From Dimorphilus gyrociliatus (Eukaryota > Animalia > Annelida), in NCBI GenBank assembly GCA_904063045.1, contig CAJFCJ010000019.1, forward strand, positions 310,001 through 374,000: DNA of 64,000 bases. Reading direction: 5' to 3'. This document shows positions 36,558 through 50,604 of this stretch, one piece after another; the first letter of the stretch is position 1, and the number at the start of each line of letters is the position of its first letter. The notes below the pieces were generated by a model, which was given only the letters and a program-made list of their open reading frames with translations, did not search any database and was not told the DNA's origin. The position numbers were made by a program, and so were the translations under genes.

Positions 36558-39026
36558 TCAGTTTTCCTTATTACTCTTAGAAAATTTAATTCTATTTGAA
36601 AACTTTATCTTTAAATCTGTAGTTTGTTTGTTTGTCTTGATTAATGAATTCTATTTTAATTAATTAAGAAAAAAAATCATACTTTTAGTTAGAGTTGACT
36701 TCTTTTGAATTTTTGTAGTAAGTTTCCTCGCTTCGTAATCATCTATATTCGGTATGGTTTTCTCTTGTAATTCGATTTTATATCCTAAATCCTTAATCCT
36801 CGTCTTACCTTTTAATATTTATACGATTAATTATTATATTTAGTATTGTATAATAACTCAACAATTTTAAAAAAGTCATTTAGATACATAACCTTCTTCA
36901 GTCCACGGAGGAGGAATGACATCATCTCTTTCAAAGAGATAACGCCAAACATAAAACCCAGCTAATCCTCTTTCTTTCCAATATTTTCGAATCTTGTATA
37001 TACCATCGTATCTAATTCCAAAAGATGGGGCGTATATAGATTGTTTGGAGGATTTATAAGATCTAAAAACTATTGGAAAGGTAATGTAATATATTCATAG
37101 TGTTTATTTGTTTTTGAAACTTAAACCTCGGACTGGATTGCCATACTTCCAATTGTCCTGCGCATCGCCTCCGTTTTCGCTTAGAAGTGCATAACAATTT
37201 CTAGCTAGTGCCAAATTGCAACCGGAAAATTCCTGATCTTTCGACTGTTGAGCGCATCGCTTGTTTCCGGATAAGTCTCTGCCACCACTACCAGTAAATA
37301 TGAATGTATCACCGAAATCTTGATCGTCCTCGTAACCTCCAGATAATACCACTGAAAAAGCACCTCTTTTCGGTTGACCATGAATCCCTGCAACAAGTGG
37401 TCTGTGGCCTCCAGCTTGAGATATTTGTTTTCGATATTCCCAGGACATACCAACATCAACTCCTGGTATTGGACCAAACTGACCTTTCTCTTCCATAGTC
37501 TTCGGTATAATAGAACGTTTTAATTTTTTAACTATTTGAACATCTGAATCAGATTGTACATCAATATCAAATTCATCAAGTGTGTCAGTAGTTTCTTCTT
37601 CATCATCATCATCATCATCATCGTCATCAATACACATGGGGCAATATCTAATATACCAATTTTTGTCAGTAGGTATACCACTTAAAGGAGGATCCAGGCA
37701 AGTAAGATGAATATTCTTACAACATCGAGGACAAAAGACTGCAGCTTTCTCGTTACTATACTTTCCGCATCTAAAACAAAGACAATATGGGCATTTTCCA
37801 CTTAGCTGATCTTTACATTCAAGACATTTGGGCGTTGCTTCATAAAAATTCACCATATCATCAATTGAGTTAATATTGCATTGATCACCTAACTCTTCGT
37901 GATGATAGAATGTAGTATTGGCCGCTAATAATTTATTTTGCTGTAGAATAGCATTTTTATAGTGCAATATGTCAACCTCTACTATATCATTTGTCATTTG
38001 GGTAACCCTGCACAGAAAGAATATATCTTCTGCTCCTCCTTTGTAAAAATCAGACGACTTAACAATAACCTGATCTCCTACTTTCATGTGGGAAACTTTA
38101 ATTTTTCTTCGTGGATGAGGCTTTAAGCGCTTGAAGCAAACCACAGCAGTTTGGCCTTGAACACAAGACTGACAATTTCCGCCAAGTCCATTTAAATAGT
38201 TCTGAAAGCATGCTTCACACCGATATTTCACTGTGTACATTGATGTCAAATTAGTATTAATAGTTTCAAAGTTTAATGTCATATTAGCAAGACTTTTCTT
38301 CTTTTCACAGGCAATTATAATAGCGGTTCGATAGCCTCCAATTGACTCATCAAAAGACACAACTAGATCACCAATCTTTAAGGTTCAATTTTCATAATTA
38401 CTTATATCATAAAATTCGTTATAAGTTAACAAATTACCTTATAAGTACTTTTTGATTCGTTCATAGTATCAACTAGCGGTCTCATTGCCGATTCAACAGA
38501 TCTAGCGTATGCTATACTACCTCCATCTGGAATATTATAGTATTCAATCGTTTTATCGTCTTCCAGCTGGAAAAAAAGACAAAAGTATTAATAAATAAAT
38601 CATGTTTTGAGTAGTTTCTAAATGAAATAAACAACAAAAGATTTAATCTAGTTAACTAAATTCTTAACAATCAGTTACAAAAAAAAAGAAATACAAAGGG
38701 AAAGTTTTTAAAGATATCATTCTTGTAAGAACATAAAAAATCATTAATAAAGTGTTTTTTGATATGTTTTAAATAGTTTTAATTTGAATTATAAGCTATA
38801 ATTAGATCTGTTTAATATTGTTACGTTAAAAATGTTACATTTACAAAGCATCTTTAGCTTCATATTGAAAATCCTTTACCTCTTGTCCAAAGTATAAAAA
38901 AGTGCAAGGTATTTCAATTAATCCCATCCTATGTGCCATAACCTTTATAGATCTAATTTCCTTGAAGGTTTCCACATTGATATGAAACCATTTTTGAGTT
39001 CCGTAGTAGATTATTTTCAATTTCAT
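36558..39026 (-). CDS. UHRF1: UHRF1-like protein (UBL - degenerate tandem Tudor - PHD - SRA), no RING found; about 6 exons
   Basis: UBL FLYFGQE|[12 protein letters not shown]; [18 protein letters not shown]; [62 protein letters not shown]. The last exon is the least certain. Confidence 0.9.
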
Positions 39027-39365
39027 TTTCGTATAGCGACTGTTAAAATAACTGATCTAATAGCCAATAGGGGTCTCTGATAGTCTTCAACCGATACATA
39101 TCAACTGGTAGGCCTAAGATAAAATTGAGTTTGTCATAAGTTATATTGCTCATAAGATAATATTGCAAGTGAATTGAAATTAATAAAAAACACTTAGGTT
39201 GTATGAGAGCGTCGTAGGAAAGAAGAGTGAAGGTTCAATAGTATATATATTATTAGTTTGTTTAAATAAAGATGAGCTTTTTTGTTCTTTAATAAGAATA
39301 TAGAAATGTATTTGAATACGTAATTTTTATTTTAATGCAAATGGGTTGTAACTTTAAACAGAAAA

Positions 39366-40450
<1,085 letters not shown>

Positions 40451-41169
40451 TTACTCCTCACCAAGATCAAACTTACAACTTTAGTATAAATAAAAAAACA
40501 CTGGCTATGTTACCCGGCGTATGAGCTAGCAGTATATTTGTAGAACTATTTTCAGATCACTAACAAAGATGGCGGACAAGTGCTGCAAAATTTTTAACAA
40601 CAAAATCATTAAATACAATCATATTTTATCTAAAAAATATATTAAAAATTCTTATAATATTAAAAATATTTTTAAAGCAATTTTATATTTTTGTAGATTC
40701 AAAAATTATAATGCGCTTTCGAAAGGCTTATTAACTTTTGTTAGCGTAACCAAGCGCTATTAAGCAAAACTAAGAATTTTAAGAAAGAATGTTAATATAA
40801 ATTCTATTCAAAGTATTCGAATTGCAAGTTTAATAATTATACCTTAACACTACAGTTGCAATAAACCTAGAATATGTGAGACTGGGACGGAAATTCACTA
40901 ATAAAGTTAATTAATTTATAATACCAGTATTGTTTATTTAAAAGCTTTTTTAAATAGAATAGATAACGTTTATATTCAAATTCTAATTCAATTAAATGTT
41001 TTATTTTAATACAAATTATATTTTAATTTCTTTAGCGTAGATTTGTAGAATTTTTAAGTTGAATAAAAATGAGAGTAACAACACGTGTGCTAAAAGTTTT
41101 CAGTAAAAAATTATCTAAAAATATCTCGAATTAAAATTTTTGACGCTATGGTTGATCACTTAAATAACC

Positions 41170-42468
41170 ATGATCCATGGGATGCTTAGCTTGTTTACTT
41201 TTTCGATACTGTATTTAATTATTTCAAGAATTAACTATGAATTTTTTGACAAGTGGAAAGAATTTTGGATTGTTCCATTAAGTTTTAATCTTTGCGACTA
41301 TTCAATTATTTTATCAGGTGGATATTTAATCATTCATTTTTTGAAGAAGAAAGGATATTTTAATACTTATGGTAATATTAAAATCATAAAAATAAAGTTT
41401 AAATAGTCTTTTATCTCAATAGATAATATTTATTGGAAATATTTCAAATTATTTGTATATGGACAAGAAGAAAAGATTCCTGCCTATCAATCGTCTGAAC
41501 AGTCGACTAAACGTAATTTTTCGACTGTCTGTCAAAGATATACATTTTTAGCGTTTTGCATAATAGGTTTGCAATCATCATATCTGTTATGGGGCTTTCT
41601 TCAAGAGAAAATTATGACCCGAAAATACAAACTTCCAAATGAAGTAGACGGGCAATACTTTAAAGATTCGCAATTTCTTGTCTTTGTTAATAGAATACTT
41701 GCCTTTTTACTTTCAGCTGGAATGTGCTTATATTTCGAGCAACCACCACAAAGAGTACCCTATTACAAGTATTCATACGCATCATTTTCAAATATTTTGA
41801 GCTCGTGGTTCCAATATGAAGCTCTAAAATATGTCAGTTTTCCATCCCAAGTAATGGCAAAGGCATTTAAGCTAATTCCCGCAATGATGATGAGTAAATT
41901 GGTCTTAAGAAAAAAATACGATAAAATTGATTATTTTCTTGCCATATTGATGTCTATTGGCCTCTTTTTATTCATTTATTCAACAAGGGATGATTTACAA
42001 ATTTCATCAACAATGACGACATGGTCGGGTGTAATATTGCTATTATTCTATTTAATTTGCGATTCTTTTACTCCTATTTGGCAAAAGAAATTATCTGAAA
42101 CTTATGAAATGTCTAAATATCAAATGATGGCAGGCATTAATATGTTTAGCCTTATATTCACTACAATTACACTGCTTGAACAAAACAGTTTTGCAGATGC
42201 TGTTCATTTTATGATTCGGTATGAAACATTTTTCTCTGACATTCTATTACTTAGTATTTGCAGCGCTATTGGGCAATTTTTTATTGTTAAAACTATAATA
42301 GAGTTCGGTCCTTTATTATATACTATTGTCACTGCTACTCGTCAGGCATGTGCAATTCTACTATCGTGCCTTCTATATGGTCATCAGCTAAATATTTATA
42401 GCTCTGTCGGAATAGCCATAGCTGCTTTAGCAAGTTTTATAAGATTTTATAAAAAAGCAAAATTTTAA
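41170..42468 (+). CDS. SLC35B2: PAPS transporter 1 (slalom-like), 2 exons
   Basis: SYLLWGFLQEKIMT, FLVFVNRILA, SNILSSWFQYEALKYVSFP, QMMAGIN, SAIGQFFI. Confidence 0.9.
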
Positions 42469-42755
42469 AAAGCTCCTCTAAGAGTTGATTGTGAAAGAAA
42501 TAAACTTATAATTATAATTATACATATGTTGATTTTGTAGGTCTGAAAATAAAAAAATTTTCATTTATTCTGTTATCTCATTGAAATTTTTGTAAAATGT
42601 ATGAGCTTTCAGTTTTAGCTAAATTAGAATTGTAGATAATCTTTATCATTAACAAAAAATTAAGGTGATTGATTATTTGCATCCTATATTATGCGTAGAA
42701 TGTTTCCTGAATTATAACATCTTCCATGTCAAAATATCTAGGTAGAAGAGTACAC

Positions 42756-44929
42756 TTAAGATGTGCTGGAAATATCTTCTGCAGGAACGTCGACTTCGTG
42801 TGATTGTTCAGTTTTTTTCTTCTGATCTCGTTTATTCGATAAATTCGAATTAATGAAGATATGATGATCTTTAATCAGTTGTTCAACGAGATATTGTTCG
42901 ATTTCGACACCTTTGGTGATGTCGAAATTTTTCAATCGAATGGGAGTTACGTTTTCGGTCGTAACTAAGTAGACTTCCCGCTTTCTCGTATCTAATACGT
43001 TTCCAATAACCACTTGGTGTTTGTACCTTTGAAAATAAATAAATTTACCACAACTATCACGTTATAAAGAGGATAATTTAAATCTCTACTTTTCTAGCGC
43101 CTTTTTGGCTTTCGGTATAAGCAATTTAGGATCAGTCTCCAGTTTGAAGGAGGTTACAAAGGCAGAGGATGCCCACTCGGAAACAAGGGGCGATAGCATC
43201 TTAGGTACCAAATGTAATTTAATATTCAAAGGTCCAGCACTGGACTGAATTTTATGTTCAGGCTACAAAAGAATAATTTACCCAGATAAAGTAATATGAA
43301 TTAATATTGCACCAATTAAAAACGTTAGGTGAGGTATTAATGTGGTATTTTCACTATCGATTGCGCCTCTATATATCCCGAAATGAAATCTAATCATTAA
43401 TCTGTTCATTATCTATATATGGGCTCAAAGGTATAGAAAAGCGAGTGCTTTGAAAGTAATGCGAACAAATGGAACAATCAGAAAGTATATCTAATTTTAG
43501 GATTTCAATCTGACATACCAGTTCATTATTGGGAATGTAGAAATCTGAAACTGCTGCGGCTAAGTAGAACATAACTCTTGGCCCTAAATTACTGAGACCC
43601 TGAAAAATATTTTACATAATTTTCTGATGTCAGCTAACAAGACTTCCAATCACTAACTTGTGAGCATAGCTTCAGGAGATACAAATATTCATCCAATGTA
43701 GTGAAACATATGCTCAGCAATAGTTTCTCATTCTTGCATTTCTCATATTCATATAATAATTTCTTGATAAATGAACAGTAGGAAGGCTTAACTGTGTGTA
43801 TTAAAAAATTATGTGTTAATGTTATTAACTGCGTAAAATTTGTATGAACCTTGAACAACATCATCTTTAGTAACTGTAAGAGCTTCTAAGAAGTCACGTG
43901 GTGGTAAAGATCTTTTAAACGGTTCCAATGAACCTTTTCTATGCAAAAAAACTACTGCATAGTCATTCTTTAAGAAATGCCTACCAAAAAAAATTGATTA
44001 ATTTTTTTCATATACAACAAATAACTATAATAGCATACTCAGCAGAGGATGATCCTCTTGTTCCAGCACTAAAATTATCAATAAAGCGGACAGTCCTGCT
44101 TTCTAGGGGTACAGTTGTTCCGCCACTCTGTTTCAAAGATGGATATTATTAAAATATAAAAACTTATATCAATTTAATTTAATTAATTTAAATTATTTAA
44201 ATTGCAAATCAATTTAATGGCTTATTTAACATTTTATTAAATTGATAATTATATATTTTTTGTATATTCATTCGTAAGGAAAATAAAGGAGGACATTAAA
44301 TGAAAAATGCCAAGAGAGAAAATCAACAATAGCCTTATATTATTATCAAAGAACAATTAATATTTATCATAGATATATCTTTTTACTTGCTGATTTTATT
44401 TAATACCGATGGAAGAAATATATTTTCAATCTTTCTTTCTCTTTTGCACTTTCTTTAATAATGCTACATAAAAATACTTTTCACTCAGTATTGTAATTAT
44501 TTTCGACTACTTTCCATTTTGTTTGGGATGGAGGAGGGAGGAGGGGGTCAAAAAAATATATATTTCCGTTTCTAAAGAACATTCAAAGGAGAAAAACATT
44601 CTTAATTTAATTTTGTTCACTTAAATTTCTAGATGCAGCTGATTTCCTAACGTTTCTTTAAAGCTTGTTCTAATTTTAAACCACTGGACTTTGAAATGAC
44701 ATATCCTGACTACTTGATAGTAGTTGGAAGTTGTTTTGAAGGAACCTACCGTAATAAGGACAATTTTCCTATTGCTATTCTCATGTTCCGAAATAAAATT
44801 CATCAACAACTCCTCAAAGAATTCTATATTTTGAGGTGGTTTAGAAAATTCAAAAAAGTCTTTAATTCTTTCTTGATTTCCCGACAAACTTCTACTTTTT
44901 TCTTTGGTGACAGTTGATTCTGTGTCCAT
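42756..44929 (-). CDS. PPCS: Phosphopantothenate--cysteine ligase (CoA biosynthesis), multi-exon
   Basis: [29 protein letters not shown] (exon at about 44030-44140), [33 protein letters not shown]. Confidence 0.95.
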
Positions 44930-44975
44930 GTTGAGATAATAAAGAGATTCGCATTTCGAGCAGTGTCCTAAAAAT
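44930..44975. promoter_or_regulatory. 46-bp spacer between the divergent ATGs of PPCS and MRPL10 (bidirectional promoter), with a YY1-type motif AATATGGCG overlapping the MRPL10 ATG
   Basis: CAT ending at 44929 (minus strand) and ATG at 44976 (plus strand). Confidence 0.7.
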
Positions 44976-46059
44976 ATGGCGTCCTTCAGGAGAAGTGAGT
45001 TTTAACTTTTACTAATCATTATATCAATAGTGTTTACATTAATTTTCATAAAGATGTTGTTATTCAAATAATAAAACTTGCGTGAATACCTCTTTGATTT
45101 GATTAGAATAATTATGTGATACATTATGTGATTTTTTATCGAAAAGACTATTTTCTTACATTATCGCTCACATGCAGTTCAACTGTTTTCAACTCCGTGG
45201 ATAGCTTGTCGTCATCGTTCGAAACCTAATATTCAAAAACCAAAAACACCGCATGAGCAAAGACGTATATTTGAAGCGATTACGGCTCCAATCCTTCAAG
45301 AAGATATACTTGACCCGAAAAGACTCTGCTTTAACGTTACAAAAGTCGTCAGAGAATCTGAAGTATGATAAGTATATTATTGAAATACTGAAATACATTT
45401 TTAGTATTTTCTCAGGAAAACTTGTATGAAAATTTTCTTATCCAAGACTGTAGAAAGCGATTTGAATCTGCAAAAGTTCTCTTGGTATTTCAAAGTAATT
45501 CTCTCTCCAAAAATGACCTTAAGGAAATTAGGAATACAATGATAAGTAAATGTGGAAAAGTCGAACTAAAAGAATGGGATAATGAAATTTTAAGGTAAAT
45601 CCTTTATGCGTATGCATTGTCAAAACAATTAGATTAAATTTACAAAAATGCAACTTCAGATCGGCCCTGGCTGAGAGTAAATTTGCTGCCCTAACACCAT
45701 TATGCTTCAGCCGAAATGTATTTGTTTTTCCTGAGAATGAGTCCCAATTGAGTGATATTATAAAAGTTACGAAAACATTATTTACTATTCATCTATTGGG
45801 TAATAGTTTTTCAAATTTTAATAATAGTTTTCTATTAAAAAGACCGTTTACACAAACAGGTGGAGTTATCAACGATACAATTTATACTAAAGCCGGTATT
45901 GTCGATTATTCTCAATTACCAACCATAGATATAATGAGAGCACAACTGCTACAAACCCTTAATAAACTTCAGGGACAAACAATATCGAATTTACAGTACC
46001 ATGTTTCCGGAATTTCTAGCAGTTTGAAACATTTAAGTGAAAGAGAAGATAATAAATGA
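44976..46059 (+). CDS. MRPL10: Mitochondrial ribosomal protein L10 (uL10m), multi-exon
   Basis: RHRSKPNIQKPKTPHEQRRIFEAITAP (compare the insect mRpL10 N-terminus); C-terminal GGVINDTIYTKAGIVDYSQLPTIDIMRAQL. Confidence 0.82.
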
Positions 46060-46211
46060 AAACTTTGTTAATATAAACTCAACATTATATAATACGTTTC
46101 ATCTATTGTTCAAAACTTGTAATCATTACAGATCGTTGAAGAAATTGTAACTTTATTTTTCTTTTATTATAATGCTTAACAGAAAATAACAACATAAAAT
46201 AATATATAACA

Positions 46212-49200
46212 TTAAAATCCCATTTTTAGCTTCCTTTTCTTCTGCTTTTTTGGTTTAGGGGCTTCGAGCTTAGAAACGATTGGCTCTGGTTCTGCTATCT
46301 CTTCTTTTGTCAAATGAACTGTTTCATCTTTTATATTTGATTCATCCAGCTTTTTCTTTTTTACCTTTTTTAGTTTTCTTAGTTTCTTTCTTTTCTCTCG
46401 AGCAATTTCTACAATCTCCTTTTCGAATTCGGAAGGTAAACTATCAAGACTATCACTAGATTCTATCTCTTCCGTCTTGTCTTCCTCCTTCTTTTCATCC
46501 TCTATCTTTCTCACCATTTCCTCGAAAAGTTCTAATTCTGTTTTACTCATAAATTTTTTTCGAGTTTGATCTTCAAATAATTCCTGAAAATTAAACATTA
46601 AAATTACACATCGAAAAACGTTTTACCTTTGCAAACAACTATAAAATTACCCTAGCTTCAAGTAACTCTGGAAAATTATCATCATCACTTCTCCACAAGC
46701 GCCTTATTATTCGGCTATGAGGATCCTTAAATTGGAAAACATTTGCACTTGGTAAGACCGTTTGCAGATAGTCTTCAGATATAGTTTTAGGTGGTATCAT
46801 ATTCTTTATAAAGAAATCATTAGATATATTTTTATTTATAATATAAAATAAAAAATACGAACCTTTGAGAAACTATCTATAAGAGAATAGCTCATTTTCA
46901 ATGAATTTCCGCAGGCTTCACACATCTCGTCGTCACCTTTATAATTATCAGTGCTTTGAGTCGGATTACATAGAGGGCAGTGAGAATGCGGGGGTAACAT
47001 TTCCCTGAGCACTGAAAATTTTTTTTCAATTAGCTGAGCCTACTCGCTGCGTATTTTAAAAGACTCACTTTTTCTGTCGCTAGATATGTCAATGGATAAA
47101 CATTCGTTTGCAATATTTTTGTCGGAGGTTTCTTCAAATTTTTTCGAGGCATCAACGACAAATTTGGAAGCAGCTTCCAACTCTTCACCACCCAACTCTC
47201 TTGGTTCTTTTCCGTATTCGGGAATGGAAAATGTTTTCTCATCTTCATCAATCTTCGGATGGTAGGTTTGATAAAACAAATCCCCTGAGCAAGGTAGTTG
47301 GAAAGCTGAAAATCCCGAATTAGGTAAGGCGACACAATCAGCTCCAGCGAGAGAAAGATTTAGCCGTTCTTTCACAAAATTTACTGATGAATTTAGCTCG
47401 AAAATAGACGATAAATTAAGAAAATCTCTGCAAAAGTTGATTAACATATAAAAAGGTACATCTTGTAAAATTAATTGTGTCTAACTAACACTGGTTTACA
47501 GATTCTCCAAGGTGTATCTATTACTCTTAGACCATGTCTGCAGTCTAATTGATATGCAAAAACGTCGCATAATGACTGGTTAGCAGCTAAAAGTATGTCA
47601 CTTCCATCTTTGAGAGTAAGACTTGAAGATAAATACATAGGGGGCTCTTTAAAGAGATGATGTAAAGTTAAAACTGGCTCTTTGGTATAACGTTCATCAA
47701 CGCAAATGATTTGGTTGTTTGTTCCAATCATATGGAAGAATGTATTAGATTTTAAATTCTTGACAACTCTAAATTCATCATTCTTTAATAGAGTTCTATG
47801 ATTTGCTTTGAACAGTGTAGAACAATCTGAATCCTGTCAGGATATATATATTTTAAAAAATACTTAAACAATAGCAACTATAAAGATTATTTACCCTTGT
47901 ATCAAAAAGACTCAAATTAGTCTTGTCAGCTCTAACTAGAATTTTCGGATGAGCCGAATAATAAGACGAAAACCATTCATCAGCTTCAACGCCGTTTAAA
48001 TTTTCAAAAGATTGCTTCCCTCTAAGATAATAATATATATTGTACAATTATTGCTATTTCTTTTATTCTATTTAACTATAACTCTAATACTCTCACCCAG
48101 TCGAGATATCCACAACTCTAACAGCACCAGTTCGATCAGTATATGCAAATTCATCGCTTAGAGTAGAATTTAAACTTAAAGAAGAGCAGCCTTTACGTAC
48201 ACGTTTACGTAAAATTCTTTGCTTTGAATTTAATGAATATATTTCAATACTGTTTGAAAATCTTGCACCGCAAAATTCTAAACAAAATATTTATTATGAA
48301 ATAACATTAACTATAAAAAATTAATGCCAACCTTCGTTAATGGTTGTCTCCAATATTGATTTTTGAGAATTTACATCATCGCCATTGTCTTCATCTTGAT
48401 CGCTGTTTAATCTATAAACTCTCTTGACTTTAACCGAGCTATTTTTAAGACTTAGTTTGCAAAATTCTACGAAAAGTAAAAAAAGTATAACATTTATTTT
48501 TTATAAAGATAATACAAAAAAAATTATTTACTCAATTCTGTCAGATTCTTTCCGGTAGCAAAAACTAATGATGCTTTTTTACAGTTATCTTGATATGTGG
48601 AAACGCAGCCATTTGAATATTTATTGTTTACAACCTTAAATTACACAAAATATTATTCAAAATTGTCTAACAGTATATTAAATAAGAATTAAACTTACAG
48701 GAAATTGTAATGGTTCATTAAAATCATAATTTTCTACGATTTTTTCAAATTGAGCAAACCACCTGGGAACAAATCTCTTTTTCCTCAAAGCTATAATTTC
48801 CTTTTCTGATAATCCAAGATAACTTGGAAATTTGTTAGGAATATTATTATCACATTCTTGTTTAATATATAGCATTGTTCGAAGAAGGCGAAGTGAAGGA
48901 GTATTCCTCTAGTTTAATAAATATGAGTTATTTTAGTTTTTTTATTATGAAACTGATTAATTATACCAACACTTTTCATAACTTCGAAGCGTTTAATTGT
49001 TCGTAATATTTTAGAGTTATTTGTGCATACTGTCCTTACAGAATCATAAATGATATCTTCTGGTGGGTAAGCACCTAAATTTGGAGAAAAATGTTAACCA
49101 AAATATCAAAATTAAATCAATTTTCAAGTGATACTTACAATCTGTTGCCTCTTGAAACACTGGTAGAGAAGGGCTTGTTGCGCACAGACGTGTATCATTC

Positions 49201-49358
49201 GACGTTTTTCTCCCAAACTGAGATATTATTTTTAAACCGTCGTTCGTTTCTTCTATTCTCCCTTCTCCGAATGTACCAAAGCCGGCAAAGATTTCTCTCT
49301 TTTGGTTTGATGGATAAGAATGGCAGTAGAAATGATCAGATGGATAATTGCCACTCAT
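46212..49358 (-). CDS. TAF1C: TBP-associated factor RNA polymerase I subunit C (SL1 complex), multi-exon
   Basis: YYSAHPKILVRADKTNLSLFDTR, IICVDERYTKEPVLTLHH and SGDLFYQ resemble TAF1C motifs; Lys-rich C-terminus. Confidence 0.72.
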
Positions 49359-49890
49359 TACTTAAAGTTTCTATTAAAGCAAAAAGAAAAAATAATTTTC
49401 TCTGTTGATATAATGAAGAGCAAGGCATGTAATATTTTACAAGATATATTTTGTATATTAAATATGCTCAATGAAGTAAAGACAATGACGTACTCTATTT
49501 CGTTAATATTTTGTATGTTCCTAATTCAAGATGATTCAAAAGTTGAGGCCGTGTGATAACTTGCCAAAGGAAAGAAGGAAAAAATGAAGTATTTGGCTGT
49601 TAAAATGTACGATCAAAGCTAGAAAATCATTTAAAGAATTGTAATGGCAAAAGGTTCGCTAAATATATTAAATGGTTTTAACACTTGAATGTAGTCACCT
49701 TTAAGTAGGCTGAAATTTCAAATAAAAACAAGCTAAAGTTTCATGCTCTGCAGACTTATAGATTATCGCTCATAAAAAAAACAGTTCAATATTGGACACC
49801 GCAAAGCTTAGCACATTGACGTCCGCCTACGCTAAAATAGGACAAGAATCTAATTGGTAGCTTAGTATTACAAAACGACAAATCACTCCA

Positions 49891-50478
49891 ATGTGTAGTG
49901 AAGATAAACTTAACTCAGCCAAGAAGTATATAAACGAGGCTGAGAATTGTTTAAGAGAGAAAAACTTTAAAAATGCCATTACCAATTATCATAGGCAAGT
50001 GGTAGATTGTATTTCGTTTTAGATTTATAATTTTTCATGATTCACTCTCAGGGCTATTCTCTATCTGAAAGGGATTGAGGAAGATTTGAAAAACATTCCT
50101 CCAGATACCGATCTCAATGAAAGTCTTCTCAGAAATTGCCGATCTGCACGTGTTGACTGCCACAGAGAGGTGGCTCGTATTCTTATAGAATTAGGACGCC
50201 ATCACGCAGCGCGTAGTCACTGTGAGCAAGTGGTAGACTTTTCACCGAACAAGCACTCGTATTATCAAATGGGGGTCGTGTTTTTTCATATAAATGAACT
50301 GAAAAAGGCATTATCCTTTTTTGAGAAGGCAAAAGCTGAATGTGGTGGGATTGATACCTCAATTACCAGATATCTACGACAATGCGAACAATTAATTGAA
50401 GCAGAAGAGAGCAACAAATCACCTCCTGACCCCAGAAATGTTCCCCAAGACCGGACTGATCGATCTTTTTCGATGTAA
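49891..50478 (+). CDS. TTC9: TPR protein of the TTC9/TTC9C type, 2 exons joined by a GC-AG intron; upstream exons possible
   Basis: AITNYHR|AILYLKG, DCHREVARIL, YYQMGVVFFHI, RYLRQCE. Confidence 0.7.
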
Positions 50479-50604
50479 ATATTATCCGTTTGGTGTTTTT
50501 GTCAATATTTAAAGAATCTTTTTTAAGCTTGTCTCGAGAATGATGCAATATTTTTTATTTTTATTTGATAATCATTAATACATAAAAAACAGAATAAATT
50601 GATG

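Noticed and set aside
40569-40763. ATGGCG-initiated ORF MADKCCK
   Set aside because: The downstream sequence is AT-rich and non-coding in character; better explained as a YY1-type promoter motif.
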